A model generated the notes under the pieces. It did not search any database. It saw nothing but the letters and a program-made list of their open reading frames with translations, and was not told where the DNA came from. DNA of 34,393 nt from Candidatus Krumholzibacteriota bacterium (GTDB lineage Bacteria > Krumholzibacteriota > Krumholzibacteriia > LZORAL124-64-63): assembly GCA_039714075.1 (NCBI GenBank), contig JBDLKA010000031.1, positions 1 through 34,393 on the forward strand, read 5' to 3'. The position numbers and the translations under genes are program-made. Positions 1 to 9,000 of the stretch are shown here, piece after piece (position 1 is the first letter of the stretch; the number at the start of each line of letters is the position of its first letter).

Positions 1-314
1 ACCCCGACGATTTCCCGGGCCTTGGTGTAGCCCAGCTCACCGGAAACCATGGCATCCCGCACGGCCGGCAAGCCATCCAGCTGCCGGGCCAGCCGAATGA
101 AATCCCCGGTCCGTGACTTGGAAAACCCGAGACCTTTCATGGCGTACTGGTTGATGGAAGAGTAGCCGAGTTCCGCGTACAAACGACGCCGCATGACCTC
201 GGCGAACCACAGGACGGCGCACTGCCGGGCCTGCTCCATGGCCTTCAACGAACGGCGCAGGGAAGAATGAACATTAGCTGCGGACTGGTCGGGAACGTAG
301 GAAACAGCGGACAT
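1..314 (-). CDS. HNH endonuclease-family protein (N-terminal part only; runs off the left edge), paralog of 33122-34189
   Basis: Not in the ORF track. Manual translation from ATG at 314 (SD GGAGG at 321-325) gives MSAVSYVPDQSAANVHSSLRRSLKAMEQARQCAVLWFAEVMRRRLYAELGYSSINQYAMKGLGFSKSRTGDFIRLARQLDGLPAVRDAMVSGELGYTKAREIVG..., which is 52/93 identical (ungapped, hand-counted) to the N-terminus of the HNH protein at the right end. The HNH domain itself would lie outside the window. Confidence 0.85.
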   Translation of the reverse strand, partial: MSAVSYVPDQSAANVHSSLRRSLKAMEQARQCAVLWFAEVMRRRLYAELGYSSINQYAMKGLGFSKSRTGDFIRLARQLDGLPAVRDAMVSGELGYTKAREIVG

Positions 315-352
315 GATATACCTCCAGGGTTGGGTGCATGGGAGGTACAATC

Positions 353-381
353 AATATACGAACAAACAGCGAAAACAGCAA
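353..381 (-). promoter_or_regulatory. sigma70-type promoter of the left HNH paralog, with a TTTC-N7-GTTC box in the spacer
   Basis: Minus strand TTGCTG (376-381), 17-nt spacer, TATATT (353-358). The same arrangement is conserved upstream of the right paralog. Confidence 0.6.
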
Positions 382-463
382 GAAAAAAGTCAGCTAAACA
401 GCAAATTTTTCAATTGGTTATGGATGTCAAAAATCAACCCAAAATCACCCTGGAAAACCCCTG

Positions 464-482
464 AAAGGCCCCCCGGGGGGCC
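464..482 (-). terminator. possible intrinsic terminator after the DsbD_2-like gene
   Basis: Perfect 16-bp palindrome GGCCCCCCGGGGGGCC (467-482) followed on the minus strand by only TTT, 13 nt after the stop codon. Confidence 0.4.
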
Positions 483-495
483 CTCGGAAGTCCTC

Positions 496-1251
496 TCACC
501 ACACCGGCAAAAATCCCCACTTGATCTCAGCGATCAACCCGAACAGCTTGCCCGCCCGGAACAGGAACTCCAACCCCACGACCATCACCAGGACCGCCGC
601 CACGAAGTTGAATTTCCGCTGCAGCGAAGGCGCGAGGCGTCCGGCGCCAAGGCCCACGGCGATCAGGACCGGGATGGTGCCCAGGCCGAACATCACCATG
701 GTGTGGGCTCCGTGCAGGGGTGTCGGCGCCGTCAGGGCGGCCATGGCGATGGCGTAGACCGGGCCACAAGGCAGGAATCCGTTGGCCACACCCAGCAGGT
801 AGCGTCCGGCCATGCTTCGGGTCCCTACCAGAGCCATGAACTTCTCGGCGGTGAAGCGGCCCAGGCGGCTGCTTTCAACGATGCGGGTGGTGGGCAACCA
901 GCCTTTCAGGCCCAGACCCAGCAGGATCATCAACACACCCGAAATCAAAAACAATCCGCCACGAACCTCGTTGGAAGGCCCCGCGGCCTGGGCGGCGGCG
1001 GCCAGCAGGGCGAACAGCAAGCCGATGACGGCGTAGGAATTCACACGTCCCAGATGATACACCAGAAGGGATGGCAGCAGATTACGGATCCGGTGGTCGG
1101 TCTTTCCCTGGGCCAGCGAAAAGGTGCTGATCAGGGGCCCGCACATGCCGATGCAGTGGCCGAGACTGGTGGTCACACCGATCCCGAAGGCAGCCCAGAC
1201 GGTGAGGATGGTGGAGTCGATTTCAGGAACGGGACCGCAACAGCTGGTCAT
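496..1251 (-). CDS. DsbD_2 / sulfite exporter TauE-SafE-like membrane protein (CcdA/DsbD-beta-like, thiol/metal handling)
   Basis: 251 aa with about 6-7 hydrophobic helices; family motifs GHCIGMCGP, YHLGRVNSY, GFLPCGPVY and FGLGTIP. Confidence 0.85.
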   Translation of the reverse strand: MTSCCGPVPEIDSTILTVWAAFGIGVTTSLGHCIGMCGPLISTFSLAQGKTDHRIRNLLPSLLVYHLGRVNSYAVIGLLFALLAAAAQAAGPSNEVRGGLFLISGVLMILLGLGLKGWLPTTRIVESSRLGRFTAEKFMALVGTRSMAGRYLLGVANGFLPCGPVYAIAMAALTAPTPLHGAHTMVMFGLGTIPVLIAVGLGAGRLAPSLQRKFNFVAAVLVMVVGLEFLFRAGKLFGLIAEIKWGFLPVW

Positions 1252-1304
1252 GAATCCCCCAGGCGCAGGGCGCCGGCTGGCAGTAAAGCAAAGATGATCC
1301 TGAG

Positions 1305-1333
1305 AAAGTAGGCTACCAAGAGTCCACTTTCAA
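1305..1333 (-). promoter_or_regulatory. candidate sigma70 promoter for the DsbD_2-like gene
   Basis: Minus strand TTGAAA (1328-1333), 17 nt, TACTTT (1305-1310). Confidence 0.4.
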
Positions 1334-1366
1334 CCCTGCTGTGGGGTGGGAATTCGGGCACGGACA

Positions 1367-1395
1367 TTGACGCGATCAGGGGCGGGAATTACACT
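1367..1395 (+). promoter_or_regulatory. candidate sigma70 promoter for the SGNH-GT-thioredoxin operon
   Basis: TTGACG (1367-1372), 17 nt, TACACT (1390-1395); divergent from the promoter at 1305-1333. Confidence 0.55.
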
Positions 1396-1448
1396 GCAGA
1401 CCGCTTCAGTTCCCCTGCCACGGGCCAAATCCGAGGGAAAGGATCGGC

Positions 1449-2477
1449 GTGTCCGAAACTTCAAAAAAGATCGTCCTGCTGGCCATGGCCGTCGTCATGG
1501 CCCTGGGATTGGGTGAGATCGTTCTGCGGGTGATCGACTTCGGCGCCATCACTCCCGAGATGAATTTCGGGGTCAACACCCGGATGGCCCTGGACAAGGG
1601 CCGCTTTCTGCCCGACGCGGACCTGTTCTGGAAGCTTCCGTCCCACCCGCGTGATATGGACATCCGCGCCATCCAGCCCGATGTCCAGGTTCCTCCCAAG
1701 GGCCAGCGCCGCCGGATTCTTGTCCTGGGCGATTCCTGTTCCCGGCTTTCCATGGCCGTGCCTCCCTATTCGGCTCTTCTGGAGGATTCCCTGCAGAGCC
1801 ACGGCGTCGAGGTCTGGAACGCCGCCGTCCCGGGCTACACCTCCTGGCAGGGACTGGCCTGGCTCCACAAGCAGTTGCTGGCCATGCAGCCCGACGTCGC
1901 GGTGATCTACTTCGGGTGGAACGACCACTGGCGCGCCACCGGCATCACGGATCGGGATTACGCAAAGCAGCTGCGGGGACCATCTCTTCGCCTGGCCCGG
2001 CTTTTCCGGAAAATGCCGGACCCGCCGCCCCTGCGCGTGACCAGCGAGCAATACCGGGAAAATCTCCAGGTCATGGTGGCCGAACTGGAGGCGATCGGAA
2101 CCCGGGTTGTGCTGGTGGCCGCTCCTGCGAGCCTGACCCAGGAGGCCCGGGCGCGCATCCTGCAGACTCGTTATCTGGTTCGCGGGGACAATGCCGGCGC
2201 CATCCACCAGGAATACCTGGAGGTCGTGCACGAGGTGTGCGCGGGGTCGGGCGCCCACCTGTTGGACGCCGGCCGGATTTTTTCCGTGGTCGGAGCCCCG
2301 AAACAGCTTCTCATGCGTGACGGCGTTCACCTGACCGACAAGGGCCACCAGCTGATGGCCACCCTCCTGGCGACCCAGCTTGTTCCGTTGCTGGACAACG
2401 ACGCCGGTTCGCTGCCCGGAACCGAAGCATTGGCCGCCCGGGCGCAATCGTTCATGCAAACCGGCGAGGTGCGTTGA
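1449..2477 (+). CDS. membrane-anchored SGNH/GDSL hydrolase (esterase or acyltransferase)
   Basis: N-terminal TM helix; SGNH blocks LGDS, NAAVPG, GWND and DGVH; GTG start after GAAAGGA. Confidence 0.88.
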   Translation: MSETSKKIVLLAMAVVMALGLGEIVLRVIDFGAITPEMNFGVNTRMALDKGRFLPDADLFWKLPSHPRDMDIRAIQPDVQVPPKGQRRRILVLGDSCSRLSMAVPPYSALLEDSLQSHGVEVWNAAVPGYTSWQGLAWLHKQLLAMQPDVAVIYFGWNDHWRATGITDRDYAKQLRGPSLRLARLFRKMPDPPPLRVTSEQYRENLQVMVAELEAIGTRVVLVAAPASLTQEARARILQTRYLVRGDNAGAIHQEYLEVVHEVCAGSGAHLLDAGRIFSVVGAPKQLLMRDGVHLTDKGHQLMATLLATQLVPLLDNDAGSLPGTEALAARAQSFMQTGEVR

Positions 2478-4471
2478 TGGCCCGGGCCTCCAAAGCGCGT
2501 GCCGCCGGGAAACCGTTCCCCACCCGCCAGGCGGTCATCCTGGTTGCGGCGGCTTTGGCGTTCCGGTTGGTCTACTGGCTGCTGGCCTCCAAATCCCTGT
2601 TCATGCAAACCCCGGTGGTCGACGGATCCTTTTTCGATATCTGGGCCCGGACCCTGGCCGCGGGCAGGGTTTTCCAGGCCCAGGCTTTTTTCAAGCCACC
2701 CCTGTACGCCTACCTGCTGTCCTGGTTGTATCAGGCCGGCTTTACCATGACGGGGGTCCTGGTCCTGCAGATGCTGGTCGGATCCGGCACCGTTCTTTTG
2801 ACGTTCCTGTGCGGACGTCTGGTCTTCACCCCGCGGATCGCCTTCGGCGGCGCGTTGATTCTCGCGGTTTTGCCCATCCTGCCCTTCTTTGAAACCCAGC
2901 TGCTGGCCGAAACCTGGACCACCGCCCTGACGATGGGTTCGGTGCTGCTGGTTCTGAGGATGGTGACCGGGAAAACCGCCGCCCCCGGCCGGACGCTTTT
3001 TATCGCCGGGGCGCTCATGGGTGTCGCGGCCCTGGGACGACCGAACCTGATGCTGCTGATCGCGGCGGTCGCGGTGTGGCTGTGGTGGTGGCGGCGGTCG
3101 GGCAACCGGCCCCCCGGTGGGGAGGTCACCACCGGTTCGATCATTCTTCTGCTCGCCGGGTTCCTGCTCGCGGTGTCGCCGGCCACCATCCACAATCTCA
3201 AGTACGGGGAATTTTCCCTGATCAGCGCCAATCTGGGGGCCAATCTCGTCACGGGGAATTCCGATGTGGCGGACGGCGTGTCCGCCCTGCCGGTGGGTGT
3301 TGTCTGGGACGATTTCCAGCTCCAGACCAGGCAGGAGGGCATGACCAGTCCGGGCCAGGCCTCGCGGTACCTGACCGGGAAGGCTCTCGCCTGGGTTGCC
3401 GCCAATCCCGGCCGCGCCCTGGGCCTGCTGGGCAAAAAAGCCTTACTGCTGGTGAACGCCCAGGAAGGGCGCAACAACATCAATCCGGCCTGGTTCGCCC
3501 GGGAAGAGGGCGTCTTCCTGCTGGCCCGCTGGTGGCCGGCCACCTGGTTGATTTTGCCGGTGGCCATCCTGGGTATGGCCCTTTTCCGGCGCTGGCCACC
3601 CGGGGCGAGTCTTCTGTTGTGGATGGTCCTCATACAGGCCGCCGGCGTCCTGCCGTTTTTCGTGAACGCCCGTTTCCGGATGCCCCTGCTGCCGTTCCTG
3701 GCCCTGTTCGCGGCGGCCGGCGTCATGGTGCTGATCGAGCACTGGCAAGCGGGGGATCGCCGGGCCCTGGCTGTCCGCCTGGGATTTGTCGCCGCACTTT
3801 TCGTGGTGGTGAACGTGGACTGGTTCGATCTGGGCGCCGACCGCTGGTTGGCGCGAGACTGGTTCAATCATGGGTTGATCCAGGGGCGGCCCTATGAAGG
3901 CCGCCAGCCGAATCCAGCCCTGGCGGAGCAAAGTTTTCGCCGGGCCATGGCATTGAACGGCGATGAAGTGGATTTCCCCGAACGCCTGGGCGCCACTTTG
4001 CTGGGCAAGGCCCAGCAGAGACTGAAAGTTGGCAAAGAGGGCGTCCAAAGGCAGGATTGGGCTACCGCCAGGGGTGCCTTCGGCCAGGCGGAACCGCTTC
4101 TGCAGGAAGCCCGGGGCCTGCACCGGCGGGCCGTCGATCTGTATCCCCGCTCTTTCCGTTCCTGGATCAACCTGGGGATCAGCTCGAATTGGCTGGGGGA
4201 CGTGCAGGCCGGCCGGACCCGGATCGCCATGGCCTACAACGACACGACGGCCGCCCGGACAGCGGCCATGGCCGCCCTGCAGTATTATCTGGAGTCCGTG
4301 GGGGACTACCAGAAAAGCCTCGATGTCGATCCCACCCTGGAAGACCCGAAAAGAAACATCAACAAGGTGTTCGATTCCGTGATGGCCCTGCCCGGACTGG
4401 ACCCCTCCATCACCGATTTCCAGCGCCGGGCCGCTGCGGGAGTCGGGAACGGTAGTCAAGGAAGACGATGA
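2477..4471 (+). CDS. GT-C fold (GT39/PMT_2/ArnT-like) membrane glycosyltransferase with C-terminal TPR-like domain
   Basis: About 11-12 hydrophobic helices; motifs FFKPPLYAYLL, LLAET, LGRPN, FFVNARFRMPL; helical TPR-like tail (SWINLG, YQKSLDVDP). ATG overlaps the upstream TGA. Confidence 0.8.
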   Translation: MARASKARAAGKPFPTRQAVILVAAALAFRLVYWLLASKSLFMQTPVVDGSFFDIWARTLAAGRVFQAQAFFKPPLYAYLLSWLYQAGFTMTGVLVLQMLVGSGTVLLTFLCGRLVFTPRIAFGGALILAVLPILPFFETQLLAETWTTALTMGSVLLVLRMVTGKTAAPGRTLFIAGALMGVAALGRPNLMLLIAAVAVWLWWWRRSGNRPPGGEVTTGSIILLLAGFLLAVSPATIHNLKYGEFSLISANLGANLVTGNSDVADGVSALPVGVVWDDFQLQTRQEGMTSPGQASRYLTGKALAWVAANPGRALGLLGKKALLLVNAQEGRNNINPAWFAREEGVFLLARWWPATWLILPVAILGMALFRRWPPGASLLLWMVLIQAAGVLPFFVNARFRMPLLPFLALFAAAGVMVLIEHWQAGDRRALAVRLGFVAALFVVVNVDWFDLGADRWLARDWFNHGLIQGRPYEGRQPNPALAEQSFRRAMALNGDEVDFPERLGATLLGKAQQRLKVGKEGVQRQDWATARGAFGQAEPLLQEARGLHRRAVDLYPRSFRSWINLGISSNWLGDVQAGRTRIAMAYNDTTAARTAAMAALQYYLESVGDYQKSLDVDPTLEDPKRNINKVFDSVMALPGLDPSITDFQRRAAAGVGNGSQGRR

Positions 4472-5676
4472 TGCGAATTTGCGGAAAACAGGGAGGGACG
4501 GTTCTTCTGGTCCTGGGTTTGGCGGTGCTGGCCGCAGGTTTCGCCGGCGGTGACACCGTGCCGGCCGAGCCTGAAGTTGTCGAGCCTGAACTTGCCGAAC
4601 TCGAATCCTCCGAACCATCCCGGACCTCTCCCAAGGCCCCCCGGGTGCCCTGGATCAAGGACCGGCAGTGGGCGGAAATCGTGGAGCTGGCTCGTGCGAA
4701 CAACCAGCCGATCCTCATCGATTTCACCGCCGAGTGGTGCGGGCCCTGCCGCCTGCTGGACGTGATGGTCTTCACCGAAAAGAGCGTCATCACCGAACTG
4801 GCCGAGGTCGTGACTTTCCAGGTGGACGTCGACAAACCGGAGTATGCGGCGTTGAAAAAATCCCTGGCGGTCGACCTGCTGCCGACCCTGGTGTGGTGCG
4901 ACGCCTCGGGCCAGGAGGTGGACCGTTTCACCGGGTACCGCTCTTCGGATGAGTTCCTGGAAATCGTGCACTCATGGCGGGCAAACCTGACCATCGACCG
5001 GGTGCTGGCCGACCGCAGGTCCGCCTCGCCGGAAGACCCGGAGGTGTTGCTGGATCTGGCCCGCCGCCATGTCGAACGTCACCAGGACGACGAGGCCGAC
5101 GTGCTGTACCGCCGGCTGATGAATCTGCGGCACAAGGCCGACACCCGGACCGTCGTCCGCGGCATGGTGGGGCTGGCCGAGCTGGAGGAAAAATCCGGGC
5201 GCCCGGAAAAAACCAGCCGCCTGGTGGAGCAGGCCGTCGCGCTATACGCCATTGATGATCCTTCGGACGAGGTCCTGACCTACCGTACCGAAGGCCTGAT
5301 GGAGATCGCGCTTTTCCAGGAAAGCCGGGGCGACACGCTGGGTGTCCTGGAAACCTACCGCACCATGGTTCAGCTTGATGACCGGGATGTCCTGGGCCTG
5401 GACGGTTTCGCGCGCACGGCCGTGGACGCGCGGGTGGAACTCGCGGAAGCGACGCGCTGCGCCCTGCGGGCCATGGTGTTCAGCGACAAGGACGCCCGCA
5501 TCATCGGCACCCTGGCCGAGACCTACTATCACCGCCGCATGTACAAGAAGGCGATTCGCTGGATCAATCTCTCCATCGAGCGCAACCCCGACGACAGCCA
5601 TTTCCGGGATCGCCTGGAGGCTTTCGAAGCGGCTCAAACCGCCGCTGGAGGCCGCTATTCAGGGACTTCGCGCTGA
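4468..5676 (+). CDS. exported thioredoxin-fold protein with TPR repeats
   Basis: Signal peptide-like N-terminus; LIDFTAEWCGPC active site, cis-Pro motif LPT, DRFTGY; C-terminal TPR-like helices (TLAETYY...KAIRWINLSIERNPDD). Overlaps the upstream stop (ATGA). Confidence 0.85.
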   Translation: MMRICGKQGGTVLLVLGLAVLAAGFAGGDTVPAEPEVVEPELAELESSEPSRTSPKAPRVPWIKDRQWAEIVELARANNQPILIDFTAEWCGPCRLLDVMVFTEKSVITELAEVVTFQVDVDKPEYAALKKSLAVDLLPTLVWCDASGQEVDRFTGYRSSDEFLEIVHSWRANLTIDRVLADRRSASPEDPEVLLDLARRHVERHQDDEADVLYRRLMNLRHKADTRTVVRGMVGLAELEEKSGRPEKTSRLVEQAVALYAIDDPSDEVLTYRTEGLMEIALFQESRGDTLGVLETYRTMVQLDDRDVLGLDGFARTAVDARVELAEATRCALRAMVFSDKDARIIGTLAETYYHRRMYKKAIRWINLSIERNPDDSHFRDRLEAFEAAQTAAGGRYSGTSR

Positions 5677-5712
5677 TTCCCCATCAAAAAATGGGATTCA
5701 CGAAATGGATTT

Positions 5713-5748
5713 AAAAAAAGGACCGGCCGCGTATAACGTGGCCGGTCC
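5713..5748 (-). terminator. intrinsic terminator
   Basis: GGACCGGCCACGT-TAT-ACGCGGCCGGTCC (13 bp, one mismatch) followed by TTTTTTT on the minus strand. Confidence 0.8.
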
Positions 5749-5842
5749 AACGGCATGCCGGTGGGGGATTGGAGGGAGATACCGACAAGCCGTGAAATGT
5801 AGATGTCGCTCAATTCTGCTGACCCTTTTCGGGTCCCTGATA
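5713..5842 (-). ncRNA. candidate small RNA with C-rich anti-SD loop
   Basis: Own promoter (TTGCTC-17-TATTCT), three consecutive hairpins, an 18-nt loop AUCUCCCUCCAAUCCCCC, and a terminal hairpin plus U7. No convincing ORF. The 5' end is estimated from the -10 element. Confidence 0.55.
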
Positions 5843-5847
5843 TAAAT

Positions 5848-5876
5848 AGAATAGACGATTCCAAATGCCAGAGCAA
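5848..5876 (-). promoter_or_regulatory. sigma70-type promoter of the candidate sRNA
   Basis: TTGCTC (5871-5876), 17 nt, TATTCT (5848-5853), with an AT-rich upstream region. Confidence 0.5.
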
Positions 5877-6036
5877 TGAAAAGTTATTTTTTTGTTCCGA
5901 TTTTACCCTTGAAATTGTCAAAATCAGCACACTTTTTTACATTTAATGCTCAAAAAATATCACAATAAGGCGAGGATTGTCAGAGGTGAGTTTTTTGGGG
6001 TGAATGAGGACAATTCAGGGTTAGTCGCTGGGAGAT

Positions 6037-6065
6037 AAAAAGGGGAAGAGCCAGCGCCCTTCCCC
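6037..6065 (-). terminator. intrinsic terminator of the RND operon
   Basis: GGGGAAGGGC-GCTG-GCTCTTCCCC followed by TTTTT, about 30 nt after the RND stop. Confidence 0.8.
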
Positions 6066-6094
6066 GAATCGACTTGTTGAAAGAGGCGGGATAC

Positions 6095-9000
6095 CTAGTT
6101 GCCCACCCTCAATTTGTAGAGGTAATACGCCAGTGGAATCACCACCACCGTCAACACCGTCGACAGCAGCGAACCCATCATCAGCGAAATGGCCAGGCCC
6201 TGGAAAATGGGGTCGAAGACCATCACGAAAGAACCGGTGACCACGGTGCCCGCGGTCAGGGCGATGGGCAGGAACCGCACGGCGCCCGCTTCGATGACCG
6301 CTTCCTTCAGTTCCAACCCGTCCTTCAGGCGCGCTTCGATGAAATCGATCAGCAGCACGCTGTTGCGGACCATGATGCCGGCCAGGGCGATCACCCCGAT
6401 CATCGACGTGGCGGTGAAGAACGCGCCGAACATCAGGTGGCCCGGGATGATGCCCACCAGCGTCAGCGGGATGGGGATCATCATCAGGATCGGCACCGTG
6501 AAGTTCTGGAACATGCCGACGATCAGCAGGTAGATGATCACCAGCACCACGGCGAAACTGACACCCAGGTCGCGGAACACCTCGTAGGTGATGTGCCACT
6601 CGCCGTCCCACTTCATGGCGTAGCCCTCTTCGGTCAGCGGCTGCACCGTGGAGAGTTGCTCGATTTCGGTGCCGTCGGGCATGGTCAGCTCGGCGATCTT
6701 CTTCTTCATGTCCATGATCGCGTACACCGGCGATTCCAGTTCGCCCGCCACATCGGCGGTGACGTAGACCACCGACTTCAGGTTGCGGCGGTGGCGGCTC
6801 TTGTGGTTGACCGACTCCTTGACCTTGACCACGTCGGACAGGGGAATGAGCGCGCCGGCCTGGCTGTAGATGTACAGATTGCCCAGGCTTTCGGTGCTGG
6901 AGCGGTCCTCGAGCGGCAGCCGCACGTTGATGGGCACCGGTTCGGCGGCCGGGCCCATGTGGACCAGCCCGCCGTCGTGACCGTTGAGAGCCACGCCGAG
7001 GGTCATGCTGACCTGCTGGGTGCTGACGCCCCGCACGGCCGCGCGGTCGGTGTCGACGACCACTTCGTAGCGGGTCTGGTCATCCTCGACGTACCAGTCG
7101 ATATCCACCACGCCGGGGGTGCTTTCGAAGATCTCCTTGATCTGTTTGGCGGCCTCGACCCGGCCTTCGAAAGTGGGGCCGTAGACCTCGGCGACCAGGG
7201 TCGACAGGACCGGCGGTCCCGGCGGCACCTCGACCACCTTAACCGAGGCCCCGTAGAGACCGGCCAGTTCCATGATCGGCCCGCGCACGCGCTTGGCCAT
7301 GTCGTGGCTCTGGTCGCTGCGCTGGGACTTGTCCACCAGGTTGACCTGGATGTCGGCCACGTTGGGTCCCTGGCGCATCATGTAATGGCGCACCAGGCCG
7401 CTGAAGTTCACCGGGGCCGCGATCCCGCTGTAGATCTCGTAGTCCATCACCTCGGGCACGGTGGCCAGATAGTCGCCGATTTCCCGGGCCAGCTGGGTGG
7501 TCGTCTCCAGCGTGGTGCCTTCCGGGGTATCGATGATGACCTGGAACTCGCTCTTGTTGTCGAAGGGCAGCATCTTGACCTGCACCGTGCGCGTTACGAA
7601 CAGGAAGGTCGAGGCCACCGTCAATGCGGCCACGATCAGCAGGGCCATGACGCCCTTGCGCGGCACCTCGATCAACGGCCTGACCAGCTTGTTGTAGACC
7701 TTGTAGATGGGTGTCTGGTGCAGGCTGTAGCTGTCGGCGCCTTCGCCCTTCAGCGTGCCGTCGCCCACCATGTCGTCGCGCCAGCGGGCCTGCGGTTTGA
7801 GGAGGCGCACCGCCAGCCAGGGCGAGATGGTCAAGGCAACCAACAGGCTGAAGACCATCGCCAGCGATGCGCCGATGGGCATGGGCCGCATGTACGGGCC
7901 CATCAGTCCGCGCACGAACGCCATGGGCATCATCGAGGCGATCACCGTCAGGGTCGCCAGGATGGTGGGATTGCCGACTTCGAGAATCGCCCCGAGGGCG
8001 GTTTTGAGCGAGTTGTCGCCCTTCATCTGGAAATGCCGGTGCATGTTCTCGACGATGATGATCGTCGCGTCGATCACGATACCGGTCACCAGGATGAGTG
8101 CGAACAGCGTCACCCGGTTCAGGGTGTAGCCGAAGATGTAGTAGATGAACAGCGTCATGCTGAACGTGGTCGGAATCGACAGGAAGATGATCAGCGCCCC
8201 GCGCCAACCCATGGCCAGGAACACCACGACCACGGCCAGGAAGATGGCCAGGCCCAGGTTGGAAATAAGGCTTTCGGCCTTGTCCTTGGCCGTGGCGCCG
8301 TAGTTGCGGGTCACGGTGATGTTGACGTCCTCGGGAACCAGGGTGCCCTTCAGTCGGTCCACCTTGGCCAGCACCGACTCCGCCACGCGGGTGGCATCGC
8401 TGCCGATGCGCTTGGCGATGGAGATGGTCACCGCGGGATGTTCGGAACCGACGGGGAAGTCGTCGCCGATACCCGTCTGGTCGCCCGATGGTCCCACGCC
8501 CAGGAAGGTGTAGCTGTCGACTTCGGCAGGGCCGTCGGTGATCGTGGCGATGTCCATCAGGCGGACGGGCCGTTCGGCGAAGCTGCCGACGACCAGGTTG
8601 GCCACGTCGGTGGCCGACCGCAGGAAGGTTCCGGTCTCGACCACGAACTGGTTGTTGCCCGCTGCGAAGCTGCCCGAGGGCAGGCTCTTGTTCTGCATTT
8701 CCAGCGCGGGCAGGATCGACAGGGTGGTGATGTTGAAGGCGGCCATGCGCTGCGGATCGAGTTCGACCTGCACGCTGCGTTTGCGTCCGCCCACGATCTC
8801 GGTCACCGAAACGTCGGTGATCGAGGTGATCTCGTTCTTCAGTTCGGCGGCCAGCTGGCGCAGGTCGTAACCCTCGTACTGGTCGCTCCACAGGGTCAGG
8901 GTCATCATCGGCACGTCGTCGATGCTGCGCACCTTGATCAGCGGCGGCGTGATGGTCTGGGGCCACAGGTCGGCGTTGCCGAACATCTTGTTGTTCATGC

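Noticed and set aside
5854..5870. sigma54 promoter (TGGCA) upstream of the candidate sRNA
   Set aside because: The -12 TTGC element is missing at the required spacing; the sigma70 -35/-10 match is better.
5655..5930. 91-aa minus-strand ORF across the candidate sRNA
   Set aside because: No SD, atypical AT-rich codons, and it runs through a promoter-like element and a strong terminator; an RNA gene explains the region better.
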